Positions 14,283 through 29,832 of a stretch of DNA of 64,000 nucleotides are shown piece after piece (the first letter of the stretch is position 1; each line of letters begins with the position of its first letter). The stretch is from the human T2T-CHM13v2.0 reference genome, Homo sapiens. The stretch lies in assembly GCF_009914755.1 (NCBI RefSeq), contig NC_060941.1. One strand, written 5' to 3'. Position numbers and translations under genes: made by a program. The notes beneath the pieces were generated by a model, which saw only the letters and a program-made list of their open reading frames with translations, ran no database searches and was not told where the DNA came from.

Positions 14283-14905
14283 GCTTATTTGGTTGAGTGG
14301 GGTGGCTGTGTGAGAATTAAGTAATGAGTAGACCTGAAGCATCTGGTGGGATCTCCAGCAGTTAGTAAATGGCAGCTGTTTTTATTCTCATCCCTTGTGG
14401 GCAGTACTGTCCAGTTCCAGTGATGGGCATTAGTGGCATTTGGGATTTGAGGATAACCTTCATAGGTTGGAATGAGTACCATAGCAAAACAGAATTCTGC
14501 TCTTAGCCAGAAAGCATTCCAGTTAGCAAACTACCTGACAGTGTAATGTGCCCAGAGGACCCAGGAGGGCCATCCCAGGGAGAACAGCATCGCCATTTCT
14601 GCTGACCACATGCTGTCTCCTGAGCCCCGGTATCTGAGGCCCTCATCGAAGGCATAGGCATATTAACAGTTATGCTGCCAGACTTTTATCAGCAGTCTGT
14701 ACTTCTCCTTTTATCTTCTGAACTGTGATGAAAAGAACAGTCCACTCCCTTCTGATCTCAACACTTACCAAAGCTCATCTGTTCACAGGCAAATGTACTA
14801 AAACATTTTTTATTGGAGACTGAGTTTCATGTGTAGACATCATTGTATTTCTGTGTGGTGTCCTCAGATTTTCACTCTTGTTTTTTCCCCAGCTGCCTTT
14901 TTTAA

Positions 14906-15414
<509 letters not shown>

Positions 15415-15723
15415 TAATAAGAATGGCTAACTTTTAGATGAGAGTTTTACATCAGAAAATCTCATCGTACCCAGAGAGATGCTTCTTTAATTCAGATTTG
15501 AAGGGATGAGTTTCCTTGTTCTGGATTAAACAGCTCACTCAGACACACCAAATGAATGCAGTGTGCAGTCCTAGGTGGCACCAATCACAGAAGAGTGAAA
15601 AGCATAAAACAGTTTTAGAAAAGGTCACCACACTTAGAAATAGAAATCCACCCTTGCTCACGCAACCCGAGGGATTTGAAAATAATTTCGAAAATCAATT
15701 TAAACATGTAGGCCACCCGTCTT

Positions 15724-15907
15724 TTGGAGAGATGCAGTTGGTGCCTCTCCTGCAGAAGGGGTGTTAGGAGGCTGTTGTGTTTGTTGCCAGGGAGGTGATG
15801 TTTTCCCCATTGGGAACCCTAGGCCAGCAAACTTCGGGAAGTGTCTGTGGCAGCTTGAATGCTGCTATTTCAGAGCTGATGAAGAGGCAGCTTGGAGAAA
15901 ACCTCAA
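15724..15907 (+). repeat. Local direct duplication, copy 2 (184 bp)
   Basis: Aligns without gaps to 14099-14282 with 8 substitutions. Confidence 0.95.
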
Positions 15908-15939
15908 AAATAAATACTCTGATTCATCATTGTTGTTCA

Positions 15940-16350
15940 GGCTTTCCAGCCGTCAGAGCCAGCCCAGGGTTCTGAGACAAAGGGTAACATTCAGCACAGA
16001 GCCCAGCGGAGAGCCTGGAGCCCTGACTGTCTCTAAAAGAGGGGGCGGAGAGGGAGGCAGCTGCCTGTAAACCCTGGAGTGGGGCTTGACGCTGGGGGGA
16101 CGGCGTGTGCTGGTTTTGCTGCTTTGGGGGTGAGGAGAGGATGAATAATCCAAAGAGGGACGTCTCCCGAGAGCAGGGACCATCTCATAAATAGCCCAGA
16201 GCAGTCAGTTGGGTGGCGGGCTGCCGTGCGGGGGCTGCAGTTACAAGCAGCACTCGGAGTGGAGTGGGGCCTCCCAGCGGGGCCCTGCTGCACTTTGTGA
16301 GTGCTCTGTGGTCGAAGGCCAGCTGGGCCTGAAGGCAAAACATCTGGATT
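15940..16350. promoter_or_regulatory. GC/CpG-enriched putative enhancer or promoter-like segment
   Basis: Locally GC-rich, many non-Alu CpGs, GC box gggggcggag near 16042. Confidence 0.35.
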
Positions 16351-18894
16351 TTGCAGAGGGTTCCTAGGCTGAGACGGAATTCAGGCTGTAGGCTCTGTGA
16401 GACCTTGTGTGAAACCCCCGGTTCTGTCTCTGTCACTTGTTTGAGTCTCCCATTTCTCTGTCTATCAAAAGATTGAATATGGTGGCTTACAACAGAGGCA
16501 GTCGAGGGTAATTATTAGTATCATGGTTTGACCTCGAGATCTGGCACTTCCTGGACCTATTCCGTTGTATATTTCTCTGTGCACTCCCTGAGCCTCCCTT
16601 TTCTCAGCTGAGAAAATGGTCACACCTATGGTATCCCACACTGTGGAAAATGACCAAATAAGACAAGGTATGTGCAAGTATTTGGTAGAACCCTACAGAG
16701 GTAGGAAGTGGCTGTTACTAGCTGTTTCCACTGGTATTCTCTGGCCATCTCAGAGCTGTTTAGGGACCATTCCAGCTACAGGGGAGGGCAAGATTTAGAG
16801 TAGACTCTCAAATGAGTCTATCTGATTCTTTGGAAGCACGAGCTCTAGTAAGATAGTTTGAACAAAGATGTGACCATGAGGGGTTTTGTTTTATTTTTTA
16901 ACTAGATTTTGATATGTTGTGTGCCGCTTCTCCACTGCACAGATTGACCAAGAGTTAGCTGCAGATTGTGGCTCAGTAAGAAGGTCTTGTGGTACGTGCT
17001 CCTGCGGCCCCCACCTCAAACTCTTGCCTCTGGTGTTCTTGAAAGAAATGAGGGGACCTTTGCCCGAGCCAAGGGAAAATGCAAGATTTTGGAGGCTTAG
17101 CCCCTTTATTGTTTTTTTCCTCTGTTGCTTATATTGATTTCTGCGGCAAAGAGCAGTTGACTGGGATTGAAAGCTACTCTGCTGGTCTTGGATGTGGAAG
17201 AAAAAATAATTCCCACTTTCCAAATAGAGGCTCATCCAGAGGCAGCAGATGCCAGAGGCAGCAGATGCTAGCTGCAGTTCTGCAGGCAGGAATTGCACGT
17301 GCAAAGCAGAGCTGACGTCCAGTCCACGCCTCATGGCACTTTGGAAGTGCATCTGACACCGTTTGCCTGCCATACACAAGCCACAAAGACTTTTTGAGGC
17401 GACAGGTTATGCCAAAAATTAAGTAAAAATGACACAGCTTCAGATGACATTTACATATCTATTTTTGAGGTTTCAGAACATGTGCCCTATAAAAATGTAC
17501 AACTGCATTGTTTAAAACTCTTCTGAGTCTCTGAGGATTTTCTATCAGTGCATGCCTCTCAGTTATCACTTAAATGTCAAGGCCCTAAGCTTGTATGAGC
17601 CCCTAAAATGTTTTTGAGCCCCACAGTAAATTTTTGGCTGACCACATTTGTTCTATGTAAGGCTGATAACAAGCCACCACGTGGAATCTCACAGTGGGAC
17701 TTTAGTATCAGGCAATTGCAGAGTCCTGAAGCTCGTGTTGCGGTTATTATGGTTCTATATAAAGCCCCAGGGGAGAAAGTCATTTCATGCTTTTAAAATT
17801 ACTAGTTAATGTTTAAGGAGTTTATACGGAGTGGACTGAGCCAAGCATTTTCCCCTTAACTTTAAAATTATTACAGAGAGGCCTTAAGAAACTGTTCTGT
17901 ATTAGATGGTGTTTAAAATATGACCTTTTTCTTTCTTTATGCTTAGGATTTTCACGATGTGGTTTGCAATTAATTTGTATGTGCACAGTCTTTGTGCTAG
18001 TTTCTGTGGACATACAGTGGTGCTACTTGGCCTTAAGAGCTTCCTGTGTGTGGTTGGGAGATAGGCAGTTAGTAAGCCATGTGTGCTGTGAGAAAACCCA
18101 GAGCATAGAAGTCGCACATGAGAGTACCAGGTGCTGAGTACCATGGGGGTGAGAGCAAGGAGGGATTATTTCTGCCCCAAGAAGGCTTCTTGGGAAATAG
18201 AGCAGTTATGAAGGACCTGGAAAGATGTTCCAATAAGACTTGGGTGAGGAGACACAATAGTCCCAAGTAGGGAGGGCAGAGCACCCTGAGTAGAGGTGTG
18301 GTGTCAGGAAGTGTGAGAATTCTTCAGAGACTGATAGTCGGAAGGGATTCCTCTGCAAAGGCCTGTGGAAGGATATGAAGGTTGGAAAGACAAGTGGGAG
18401 CCATTGGGGAGTCTCAACAAATGTGTATTGTATTGTGTGTGTTTCACTTGGAAAATTATCTTGCTATTAATGAGAAAGTACAGATTAATGCTTTTTTTGT
18501 TTTACTGGATTCAAATTATATTTGACAAGTCATTTCATTCTAGTGTATGCATGTGATTTTCTTGGAACGAGGGTAACATTTTAAAGATAGGATTTGATGA
18601 GTCAATGAGGTATTTTTCAAGTAGATTACTTAGAAAATGTTATAGTCATAAAATATCTTGGAGTTACAGTTAAGAGTCAATTATTGTTTCATCTATAGGC
18701 ATCCAATTAAAGTTGAATTATGCTGTTATTTTCACTCAATTTCCAAAGCTATGCACTTCCGTAATTTCTATCCTTGTTTATAGTCAGTATAATGTTTAAT
18801 GCAATGTGCCTGATTTAGCACTTTGTGTTATAAATTTTGCCTGATAAATAATCAACTTATTTTCTTCCGTATGACGACAGTTTTCTTCACAGTG

Positions 18895-19295
18895 AATGGA
18901 GCTTAGTGTATTTATATAAAATGTAAGTCTGGGAGAGTTTCCATTATAGTTCAAGTATATTTAATGTTCAAAAGAATGCAGTATTTGTGGTTTCCTGGCA
19001 TTCTTTGAATACCATGTGGCTCTTCTCTCTTCCTTCTCACCAAAACCCTAGTCATTTTATTATTTATATAATGAGAAACTGTAAGATACTAAAACATAAG
19101 TTATTGTGAGGTCTGGCTTTTGATGCTATGAAGTACCCTTTGTTATTTGAGACTAATGAAATGAAATCAGTGAGTTCCAGCTTGTCTACTAGTATGTTGC
19201 TTGAAACAATTACATTCTTTTGAACATTAAATTTATATATTTGAACTATAAGGAAACTCTCCCAGACTTGTATTTTATATACTCTAAGCTCCATT
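18895..19295. repeat. Inverted repeat, ~85-bp arms (18895-18980, 19211-19295), 230-bp spacer
   Basis: Reverse complement of the right arm matches the left arm (aatggagcttag...aagtctgggagagtttcc...ttaatgttcaaaagaatg) with a few substitutions and indels. Confidence 0.92.
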
Positions 19296-19315
19296 GACCA
19301 TGCAGAAATCTGTCA

Positions 19316-19945
<630 letters not shown>

Positions 19946-20261
19946 TCATGGCCACTTAGTTTAGGAAGAAGACCCCCATGTAGTTCATGAACCCAATGCT
20001 GTGAACCAAAATACTATAAACACTAGTATTCTAGGTCACCACTGTGATCATTGAGAAAATGTTGAAGTATATTGACATATTTTGTTTAACAAAACAAGGG
20101 ACTTAAAGTGCGTTTTAGAAATATTTGTATACATGCTGGTTTAAAAAAGAAAAGACTAAAAACAAGCCTTAGTACATAAAAAGAAAATATTCAGTTTTCC
20201 AGAAAATGAGGTTACTCCCTTACATTGAGAGTTACATGAAGCCTTGTTACAGTACTTTTAG

Positions 20262-20631
<370 letters not shown>

Positions 20632-20845
20632 TAGGTGGTTAATAAATTACCATTATTTTCTCTATTTTACAGATCACGAAATGATAAGTAACTTACCGAA
20701 AGTTACATTATTTAAGTTAATCAAATGTTTATTGATTGCCAGACTTTTTTCTAGGCTTAAGCAAATGTTGGAAAATACTTCTCTGAGCTTTCAAAAATGT
20801 TATTTCTACTTGTCAGTGCTGCAGGAGTTTAATACAGATAATTTA

Positions 20846-21142
<297 letters not shown>

Positions 21143-21609
21143 TTATCTACATACTGTATGACTTTACTTTAAAAAATGTTTGTATCCTTGTAGTAAGACT
21201 GTTATTTTTTTTAATCCTACATCACATCATGCATTCCTGAGTGTGAGCTACCAGTGTTTTTGTCTAGGGCTAGATTACTAGAGCTAAAATATCGGGAGAA
21301 TTAATGAGAAAAAAAGGCTTAACCACTGAGGCTCTGTCAATATCAGTTTTTGTGGCAGGCTATGTTTACTTTCTTCAAGGAAAAATGTCAGGCAAAATTT
21401 TATCACTACAAATACAAAAGAGAAGAACATTAAAAAAATCTGATCATTATAGAAATCATAGTCAGTGCAGAATGTTTCCTGCAGAATCCAAGTGTTTAGT
21501 GAATGTTGGTGGAAAATATGAAGTGTGTCATGTGATTGGAAAGTCATTTACCATATTCATTTTTCTTTTAGGAAAAAAAGTAAATTAGATTTTGTATGAG
21601 AATAAACCT

Positions 21610-22640
21610 TACTGAGACTTGTTAATTTTGCTCTGAAATTTACTGTTTGATATTAATCTGGCCAGTCTAGCTTTCTTTTAGATTAATGTTACCATGATAC
21701 TTCGTTTTTTATCCTTTTACTTTTCATATATCTGTGTCTTTAAGTCTAAAACGAGTTTCATATAGACAGTATCAGTATGTAGTCTGGTCCTTTTTTATCT
21801 GCTGTGACAATCTTTGCCATTTAATTGCAGTCTTTACACCATTTATATGTAATGGAATTATCATTAATTTACATGGGATTATAATTTACATTTAATGACC
21901 ACTATCCTTTTATTTGCATTCAGTTCATCCTCTTGTTCCCTTTTTCCTTCTGTTGGGATGAGTATTTTTAATTACTTCATTTTATTATGTTTGGTTGTAT
22001 TAGTTTCTAATATGATTAGCTGTATTAGTTTCTAAGGCTGCCATAACAGATTAACATAGAGTGTCTCAAAACAACAGAAATGTATTCATACACAGTTCTG
22101 AAAGCTAGAAGTCCACAATTAAGGCCTTGGCAGGGTCATGCTTCCTTTGAAGGCTCTTGGCAAGAATCTTTCCTTGCATTTTCCTACGTTCTGTTAGTTG
22201 CCGCTAATCCTCTATGTTCATTGGCTTGTGGCTGCATCTCTCCAGTTTCCGCCTCTGTGTTCACATGGCCATCTTCCCTCTGTGTGTGCCTGCCATTTCC
22301 AAATCTTTCTTTCCTTATAAAAATAGCAATCATTGGATTTAGGGGCTACCCTAATCCAATATTGGCCTCATGTTACTTCATTACATTTGCAAAGACCTTA
22401 TTTCCAAATAACGTCACATTCACGTAGACCTGGAGTAAAGGCTTCGAGATATTGTTTTGGGGAACACAATACGACCCGCAGCATTAGTTTTACCTCTTCG
22501 TGTTTTGTTTTGTTTTGTTTGTGGTTGATCTAGGGCTTGTAATGTAAATCTTTAATCAATCAGTCTACTTTCCAACAATATTATACCACATCACATATGG
22601 TGTAAGAACCTTACAACAGTTTACTTGTATTTCCCCTCAT
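21610..22640 (-). mobile_element. Old L1 (L1M) fragment interrupted by an MLT1 LTR
   Basis: T-rich antisense L1-like sequence (gtttcatatagacag...tctgctgtgacaatctttg...ccatttatat) resuming after 22480. Confidence 0.65.
22021..22480 (-). mobile_element. MLT1B/C-like solo LTR
   Basis: tgtattagtttctaaggctgccataaca...acatttgcaaagaccttatttccaaataacgtcacattc. Confidence 0.88.
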
Positions 22641-24254
22641 TTTGCCAAGCATAAAATACTATTGCTTTAAGCTACTGTAGCATCTCCCATATCTGTCCCC
22701 TCCTCTGTATTCCTACTACTACTGACTAAGGTGAGCTCCTTGTTATTTCTTGCCTTTTGTCTTGAGTAGTCTGGAGTTTCACCAGTTTACCTTAGCGATC
22801 TTGCCCTTACCTATCTACCTTCCTTTCTCACTTAGGTATCGTGTTTATGTCTCCAGATATGCCTGTGTATGTTACATCTCTGTACTTTGCTCACACTGAA
22901 CTTGAACACCCTCCCCTCCACTTATCTTTCAAACAGTTATTTCCCTTTCAAAACCAAGACAAGTCTTGCCTTCTTTGAATCACTCAATGCAGTCAGCTGT
23001 GGTCTCCCTCTGTGCCCTGCTATGGATGACACACAATCTCAGTCCCAATCCCAGGTCCTGTTACGTTTTACTGGATAATTTGTCTATCCTCTTCCTCCCA
23101 AGGGGATAGGAACCTTGTGAGAGTCATCTCCTAGCATCTAGGATGTCACCAGACTGATAATCACTGTTCCATGAATGTACACTAAATGAAGTTATCAATG
23201 AATCAGTAAGTTGAGTGCTGGTTTCACTAGTCCTTACTGTTTACTGAGAGTTGTTTATAAATGACTAAATGTTCCCTTGGTAGGTGTTGTGATGAATCCT
23301 ACCTACCCTGGGTAAGTTCCTTGACTATTCATTGTTAACTTCATCGAAAGTTACTTGAGAATCAAGAGTCATTTTGACAGCTTCAAATATTGACAGAAGG
23401 CTGTGGACATATTTTCCAGATGCCTTAAAAAAATAGGATGATTTCCTCATTGAAGTAGAAAATAACCCTTGATACCACCAGTTCAACTCAAATATTTACT
23501 TGGGCAAATAATTATTTGCAAGCAAAGAAACCATCTTACGGCTTTTTATTCTGACACATTAAAGCACTTACCATGAGAAAACCATACAAACATCTTTTAG
23601 ATAATTTTGACCAGAAACATTGGAAGGACATTCATGACATATCCTGGCTGCTTAGAGGTTTGCAAAACATGCTGCTCCACTCTTTTTTTCTTAGGCCTGT
23701 ACACAGATCCCAAGTCATTTTTTAAATGTGGAAATGTTTAAAGGGTTGTAGTGTTTTCTGATTACAGAAACCATACGAATTGTAGCTGTAATTGTGGGGC
23801 TAGAGCCTGAGGGAGCTTTTCGCTGATTCTTGTTCGGGGGGATTTCCTTGAAGTCGACAGTGGAAGAACATTATAAAGCAAAAACTACAGCTCCTTACAC
23901 TTCTCCTTAGCTGTGAAAATAAAGACCAAAAAATTTACTGAGATGATGGTGAAGGCCACCAAACCTCACAGGGCTGAGTCAGCTGGTGCCTATGAGGGCG
24001 CCCCTCCTTGACACTTCCTTCCTTTTGGCAGGAAGGAGAGGGGCAGAAAGTCATCTCCTGCCGCCTCCCTCCCCTCAGAAAATGATTTATAATGTTTGAG
24101 AGATCTACTGTGAGCAAAGTTCAACACACATGCCTAAAGGACACGTCCTCTAACAAATGAGGACTTAGCAAGCTGCCTACCAGGCACCAAGCTGTGTGTA
24201 CCACACAGGTATTTCTCACTTAATCTTTACAACAACCCATTAAGATAGGTGATC

Positions 24255-24868
24255 TGGTGTCCTGAGTGGTGGCCCTCTCTCATGCATATCTGTATCCCAA
24301 TCCCTGGAACCTGTAAATATTGCCTTATTTGGAAAAAAAGGGTCTTGAGGTGACCCTATCCTGGACTATCTGCATGGGCCCTAAATGCCATCTCATGGAC
24401 TTTCGAAAAGGTGAGGTTGAGATGGGAGTGATGCTGACAAGGCAGGGCGGCTGGAGGAGGTGGGAGCTGGATTCCCTCCTAGCGCCTACCGAATACGTTT
24501 CGGCAAGTTTTTTTTTTTTGAAGCAGGCTCTCTCTCTGTTGCCCAGGCTGGAGTGTAGTGGCGCAATCACAGCTCAGTCACTGCAGCCTCCGCCTCCCGG
24601 GCTCAAGCAATCTTCCTGCCTCAGCCTCCTGAGTAGCTGGGACCACAAGTGCACTACCACACCCAGCTAATTTTTGTATTTTTTGGTAGAGATGGGGTTT
24701 TGCCATGTTGACAGGCTGGTTTCAAACTCCTGGGCTCAAGTGACCCGCCTGTCTTGACCTCCCAGAGTGCTGGGATTACAGGCATGAGCCACCGTGCCGG
24801 GCCACTTTCTGTAATTTTAAGCTACCAAGTTTATGGCAGTTTTTTTTTTTTTTTTTTTACAATAACCA
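24255..24868 (+). mobile_element. MLT1 LTR interrupted by Alu
   Basis: atccctggaacctgtaaatattgccttatttggaaaaaaagggtctt; 3' end ttttaagctaccaagtttatggc after the Alu. Confidence 0.7.
24507..24803 (-). mobile_element. Alu (J-type)
   Basis: Antisense Alu with gggctcaagc diagnostics. Confidence 0.95.
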
Positions 24869-24879
24869 CAGGAAGTCCA

Positions 24880-25025
24880 TGCAGGTGCCATTATTGCCTC
24901 ATTTTACAGAGGGGGAAACTGAGGCTTAGAGAGATGGATTAAGGTGCTCAAGTTTGTAAATTGGGTGTGGGTGGAGCTCGGATGCATGCTCAGTCCTTCG
25001 TCCAGAGCCTGGGCTCTCAACTTCT
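24880..25025 (-). mobile_element. MIR SINE fragment
   Basis: attttacagagggggaaactgaggcttagagag core. Confidence 0.72.
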
Positions 25026-26066
25026 TTCCAGTGAGGAAATGCAAATTTGCTTCTGTGACTGATAACAGGGTGGGTGGATACCAGCCAGGGTCTGGTGTAG
25101 CTCAGCAGGTTGCTCCCTTCTGCCATGCAATAATAAGAATCACCTGTGGCCCAGGCCTCTCTAAAGAGATTGAAGTCTTAGAGGAGGTTGGTACCTCTCC
25201 AGGCCACGGGACGGGAATGACAGTGCATTTGCCTGTGTCGTAGCCACCTGCTTTTAATCAGCACTTTAAAGGGGGCAGAAACCACAGATTTCACATAAAT
25301 TGATATTGAGCAGTTGTGTGAATTCCATTTGGACCTCCTCTGGTGGTGGTTCTAACCCAAATTATTTAAAGTATTTGGTAGGAACACAAGCCACTTGCTG
25401 ATGAGAGAGAGGAGTAAAAAAAGACACTGATTTTTCCATTCTAGAAATTTTATTTCTTAAAGCAAGAAATCCTTAATTGCCTCCTATGTTGCTGTTCTTA
25501 TTCGCCCCTTTTTAGTGGTCAGTGGGGTGTGTTTCTTAATTGTGATGGCACAGAATTCACCTTGGTCCCAAACAAGAAGTGAAGGGGGTTAAGAAATCTA
25601 AAAGGAATGAAGTTTATGGAAATGTGAGTCACCTCTCGTCACACACCACTACCTCCTCCCCCAGTCAAGGAATTCCTCTGAAATTCCCTGCATGTTTCTC
25701 TTTAGACTCTTAAGACCCCTGGGTACTTGCATCTCCATTTAGAACAACTTGAGAGAATCCCTGGCCTGTTGTATTTCATATACTTCCCAGTGTCTCACAC
25801 ACACGCAGACTTGCTTTTCTGACACGTGCAGAGTTTTACTCTTTTTTCTCGGGTGAAGAGACGTAACCATGATGGAAAATGAGATCCCAAGACTAAAACC
25901 AGTTAGATGATGTTCATCTGCTTCTAAGCCAGCATTCTCTCACAAAGGCTTCCCTTTGAGGTCTTCCTGGGTGTAGGTCCTTGGGGAAAACGTGCCAAGT
26001 TTCTGCACAGACTGTCCCTTGTCTCTTGACAATTGAAAGTTCCACGGCAGGTTAAAGAAGGCTCTG

Positions 26067-26370
<304 letters not shown>

Positions 26371-26689
26371 GGCTCTGGGAATAGAAATGGGAAAGATTCT
26401 CCAGTGCGGGCAAAGGAAAGCACAGTCCTGATTAAAGCTTCCTGCCAGCATTAAATGTCCGTTCATTCACTGCCTCCTCCATGGTGCGATGCGGGTGGAA
26501 AGGAAGCGACACATTCGTCTTTCTTGCAAAGAGCTTGCAATGCTGTATTCTGTTGAGCATGTAAGAGTGGGGAGCTGTGTGTGTTTTATGAAAATGTCTT
26601 TTGTTACCAAGCATAGCTCTTATTAAACGGCTTCTTTTCTTTTAAAGCCTATATAACATGAGTTACATGGGCGTTTACATCAATTTTGT

Positions 26690-27425
26690 GTTGGTATATA
26701 GTAAATTACCCCAAAACACAGTGGCTTAAAACAATTGATGTTTATTATTTCACAGCATCTTTTTTAATTGTTGTTTTTTGAGACAAGGTCTCACTCTGTC
26801 ACCCAGGCTGGAGTGCAGTGGCACAGTCATGACTCACTGTAGCCTTGATCTCCTGGCCTCAAGTGATCCTCCCACCTTAGCCCTGTGAGTAGCTGGGACC
26901 ACAGGCATGCACTGCCACACCTGGCTAATTTTTTATACTTTTCCGTAGAGACAGGGTTTTGCCATGTTGCCTTGGCTTCATAGCATCTTTGGGTCAGAAA
27001 TTGGTACCCAGCTGAGCAAGGTGTCTGCCTCAGGGACTCACATAAGGCTGCAATCAAGGTATGGGCTGGGGCTGCGGCCATCTCAAGACTTGAGTAGGGG
27101 AGGACCCATTTCCAAGCCTGCTTTTCGCAGGGTTTAGTTCCTTGCAAGCTGTTGGCGGAAGCCTGCCTTGATTCTCGCCATAGGGCAGCTCGCAGCATGG
27201 TAGCTGGCTTCCATCAGAGTGAGTAAGAGAGGGCAAGCCAGACGAAATCAGTCTTATAACCTAATCCAGGAGTGACACCCCATCACTTTTGCTATATTCC
27301 ATATACTTGAAGTGAGTCACTAGGTCCAGCCCATACTCAAGGGGGGGATATTGTTTGAACACTTAAGTACCAGGACAGGGGACAGGGGCAAATTAGAGGG
27401 GAACTCAGAGGCTGCCTACCATAGC
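26690..27425 (-). mobile_element. MLT1E/F-like LTR interrupted by partial Alu
   Basis: aaattaccccaaaacacagtggcttaaaacaa...gaagtgagtcactaggtccagcccatactcaagggg. Confidence 0.8.
26760..26972 (-). mobile_element. Truncated Alu (J-type)
   Basis: Antisense right arm plus part of left arm; TSD ca(c/t)agcatcttt. Confidence 0.92.
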
Positions 27426-27714
27426 AGAACAGTAAGTTTCACTTGAAGCAAACATATTTATGAGAATCCTAATTTATATATATATATGAGAGAGAGAGGG
27501 GGGAATTATCTTTCTCTTCTTTCCTTTAATGAAGTATAATTCACATATTACAAAATGCATAGATCTGAAGTGCATAGTTTAATGAATTCTGAAAAATGTG
27601 TAGGATTTTGTTATTTTATAAAACCCTGGGCCATGAGGTTTCTTTAAATGCCAAATACTATAGATTTATTTACAGTGTATATATTTATGTACAGTGTAAA
27701 CAATAGGTGTATTT

Positions 27715-28010
27715 GGCCAGGCACAATGACTCATGCCCGTAATCCCAGCACTTGTGGAGGCCAAGGTGGGCAGATCACTTGAGCCCAGGAGTTTGAGACC
27801 AGTCTGGGCAACATGACAAAATCCCATCTCTAGGAAAAAATACAAAATTAGCTGGGCATGGTGGTACATGCCTATACTCCCAATGAGTCGGGAGGTTGAG
27901 GCAGGAGAATCAACAGAGCCTGGGAGTTAGAGGGTGCAGTGAGCCATGATTGCACCACTGCACTCCAGTCTGGGTAATAGCTAAGACCCTGTCTCCAAAA
28001 CAAAACAAAA
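27715..28010 (+). mobile_element. Alu (J-type)
   Basis: Diverged dimeric Alu (gagcccaggagtttgagacc). Confidence 0.95.
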
Positions 28011-28013
28011 AGA

Positions 28014-28550
28014 TGTATTTGTTATGTATTGCATATAACAAATGTCCCTAAAATGTCGTGGCTTAAAGCAACACCATTTATTTTCTCGCAGTTTCTGTGG
28101 GTCACAGTTCAGCTGCGTGCTTGTGATTGAGGGTTTCTCCCGGGCTGCAGCCCAGAAGTCTAATCATCTGAGGCTCGACTGGGGAAGGATCTGCTTCTAA
28201 GCCTGCTCATGTGATGGCAGGATTCAGTTCCTCGTTGACGTTAGACTGGACCCTTAGTTCCTTATGGCTGTTGGCTGGACTTTGCCCTCAGTTCCTTGCC
28301 CCATGGGCTCCTTGCTTCCTAAAAGCACCCAAGCCGAGATTGCACTGTCAGGAGAGAACTACCAGCAAGATCGCAGTCATGGTCTTTTATACTCTAATCA
28401 CATAAGTGACAACCTGACATTTTCACCATAGTCTGTTCATTTGAAGTGAGCCACTAGGTCCAGCCCACACTCAAGGAGAGACTACACAAGGGCATGAGCA
28501 CCAGGAGGCAGGGACGCACTGAGAGCCATGTCAGATGCCGCCTCCCGCCA
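28014..28550 (-). mobile_element. MLT1F-like LTR
   Basis: gtggcttaaagcaacacc...gaagtgagccactaggtccagcccacactcaagg; same family as 26690-27425. Confidence 0.8.
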
Positions 28551-28644
28551 TGTATGATGAAATACACTATAGACACAACTGTTTTAAGAGCCTACCAGTT
28601 TTATGAACCCAAGTATGTCTTTTTAGTAGAACATCTAAATCTAG

Positions 28645-28995
<351 letters not shown>

Positions 28996-29124
28996 TAAAT
29001 TGTGACTCCCCTATGCTCAAATGAGATTGGATCAAATGTCTTCTCTAGCAAATAAATAATTCCATAGCTAGAAAGATCTTTGGTAGGTAGTTTCCTTCCT
29101 CTTGTGTGTTCCCTGAGCTCTCCT

Positions 29125-29460
29125 ACTGACGTTTTGGAATATTTTCACAGATTCTTGAATACTCCTCCCTGCCAGAGGTAAAGAGCTTAACTCTTATCCT
29201 CTTAAGTGTGGACTAGATTTCGCGACTTGCTTCTAATGGATAGAATATGGTAGCAGTGACAGTGTGTGACTTCTGAGAATAGCTGTAAAAGGCATCGTAG
29301 CTTCCTCATTGCTGTTTTTCTTGGATCACTTGCTCTGGGGAAGCCCAGCAGCCATGCCGTGAGGACACTCAAGCAGCCTTTGAAGGAGCTGCTGGTGAGG
29401 AACTGAGTCTTCCTGCTGACATTGACATGAGCGAAGCATCTTGGAAGTGGATCCTTTCAT
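29125..29460 (+). mobile_element. MLT1F/G-like LTR fragment
   Basis: gacttgcttctaatggatagaatatggtagcagtgac...gccatgccgtgaggacactcaagcagcc. Confidence 0.75.
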
Positions 29461-29832
29461 TTTTCAGGTACCGTGCCAGGGCCTGTGAGGGAACCAAGAC
29501 GTGTAAGACATGGCCTCTCATTAGTGTTTAAGCAGTAGAGAAAGCTGGTGCCATCTCATTGTTCAGGAGATGAAGTGTGTGGCCGGGGTGATCCAGAGAG
29601 TCTCCTTGAAAGTACAGTGTTGAACCTTGGACTTTGGGGTAGAATTCAGACAGGGTGATGGACAGCTAAAGTGGTTCAGAGGCTGGGGTACAGCATGAGG
29701 TTATTAAAATGATGGGGCTGAGAAGTACAAGACCTGTAAGTGAAGAACTGGGCACCAGACATTGGCATGAAGAGAAAGAAGACACCTGTGTTCAGAAGTG
29801 AGCCTGCCAGGGCAGAGTTAAGACTTTTTGCT

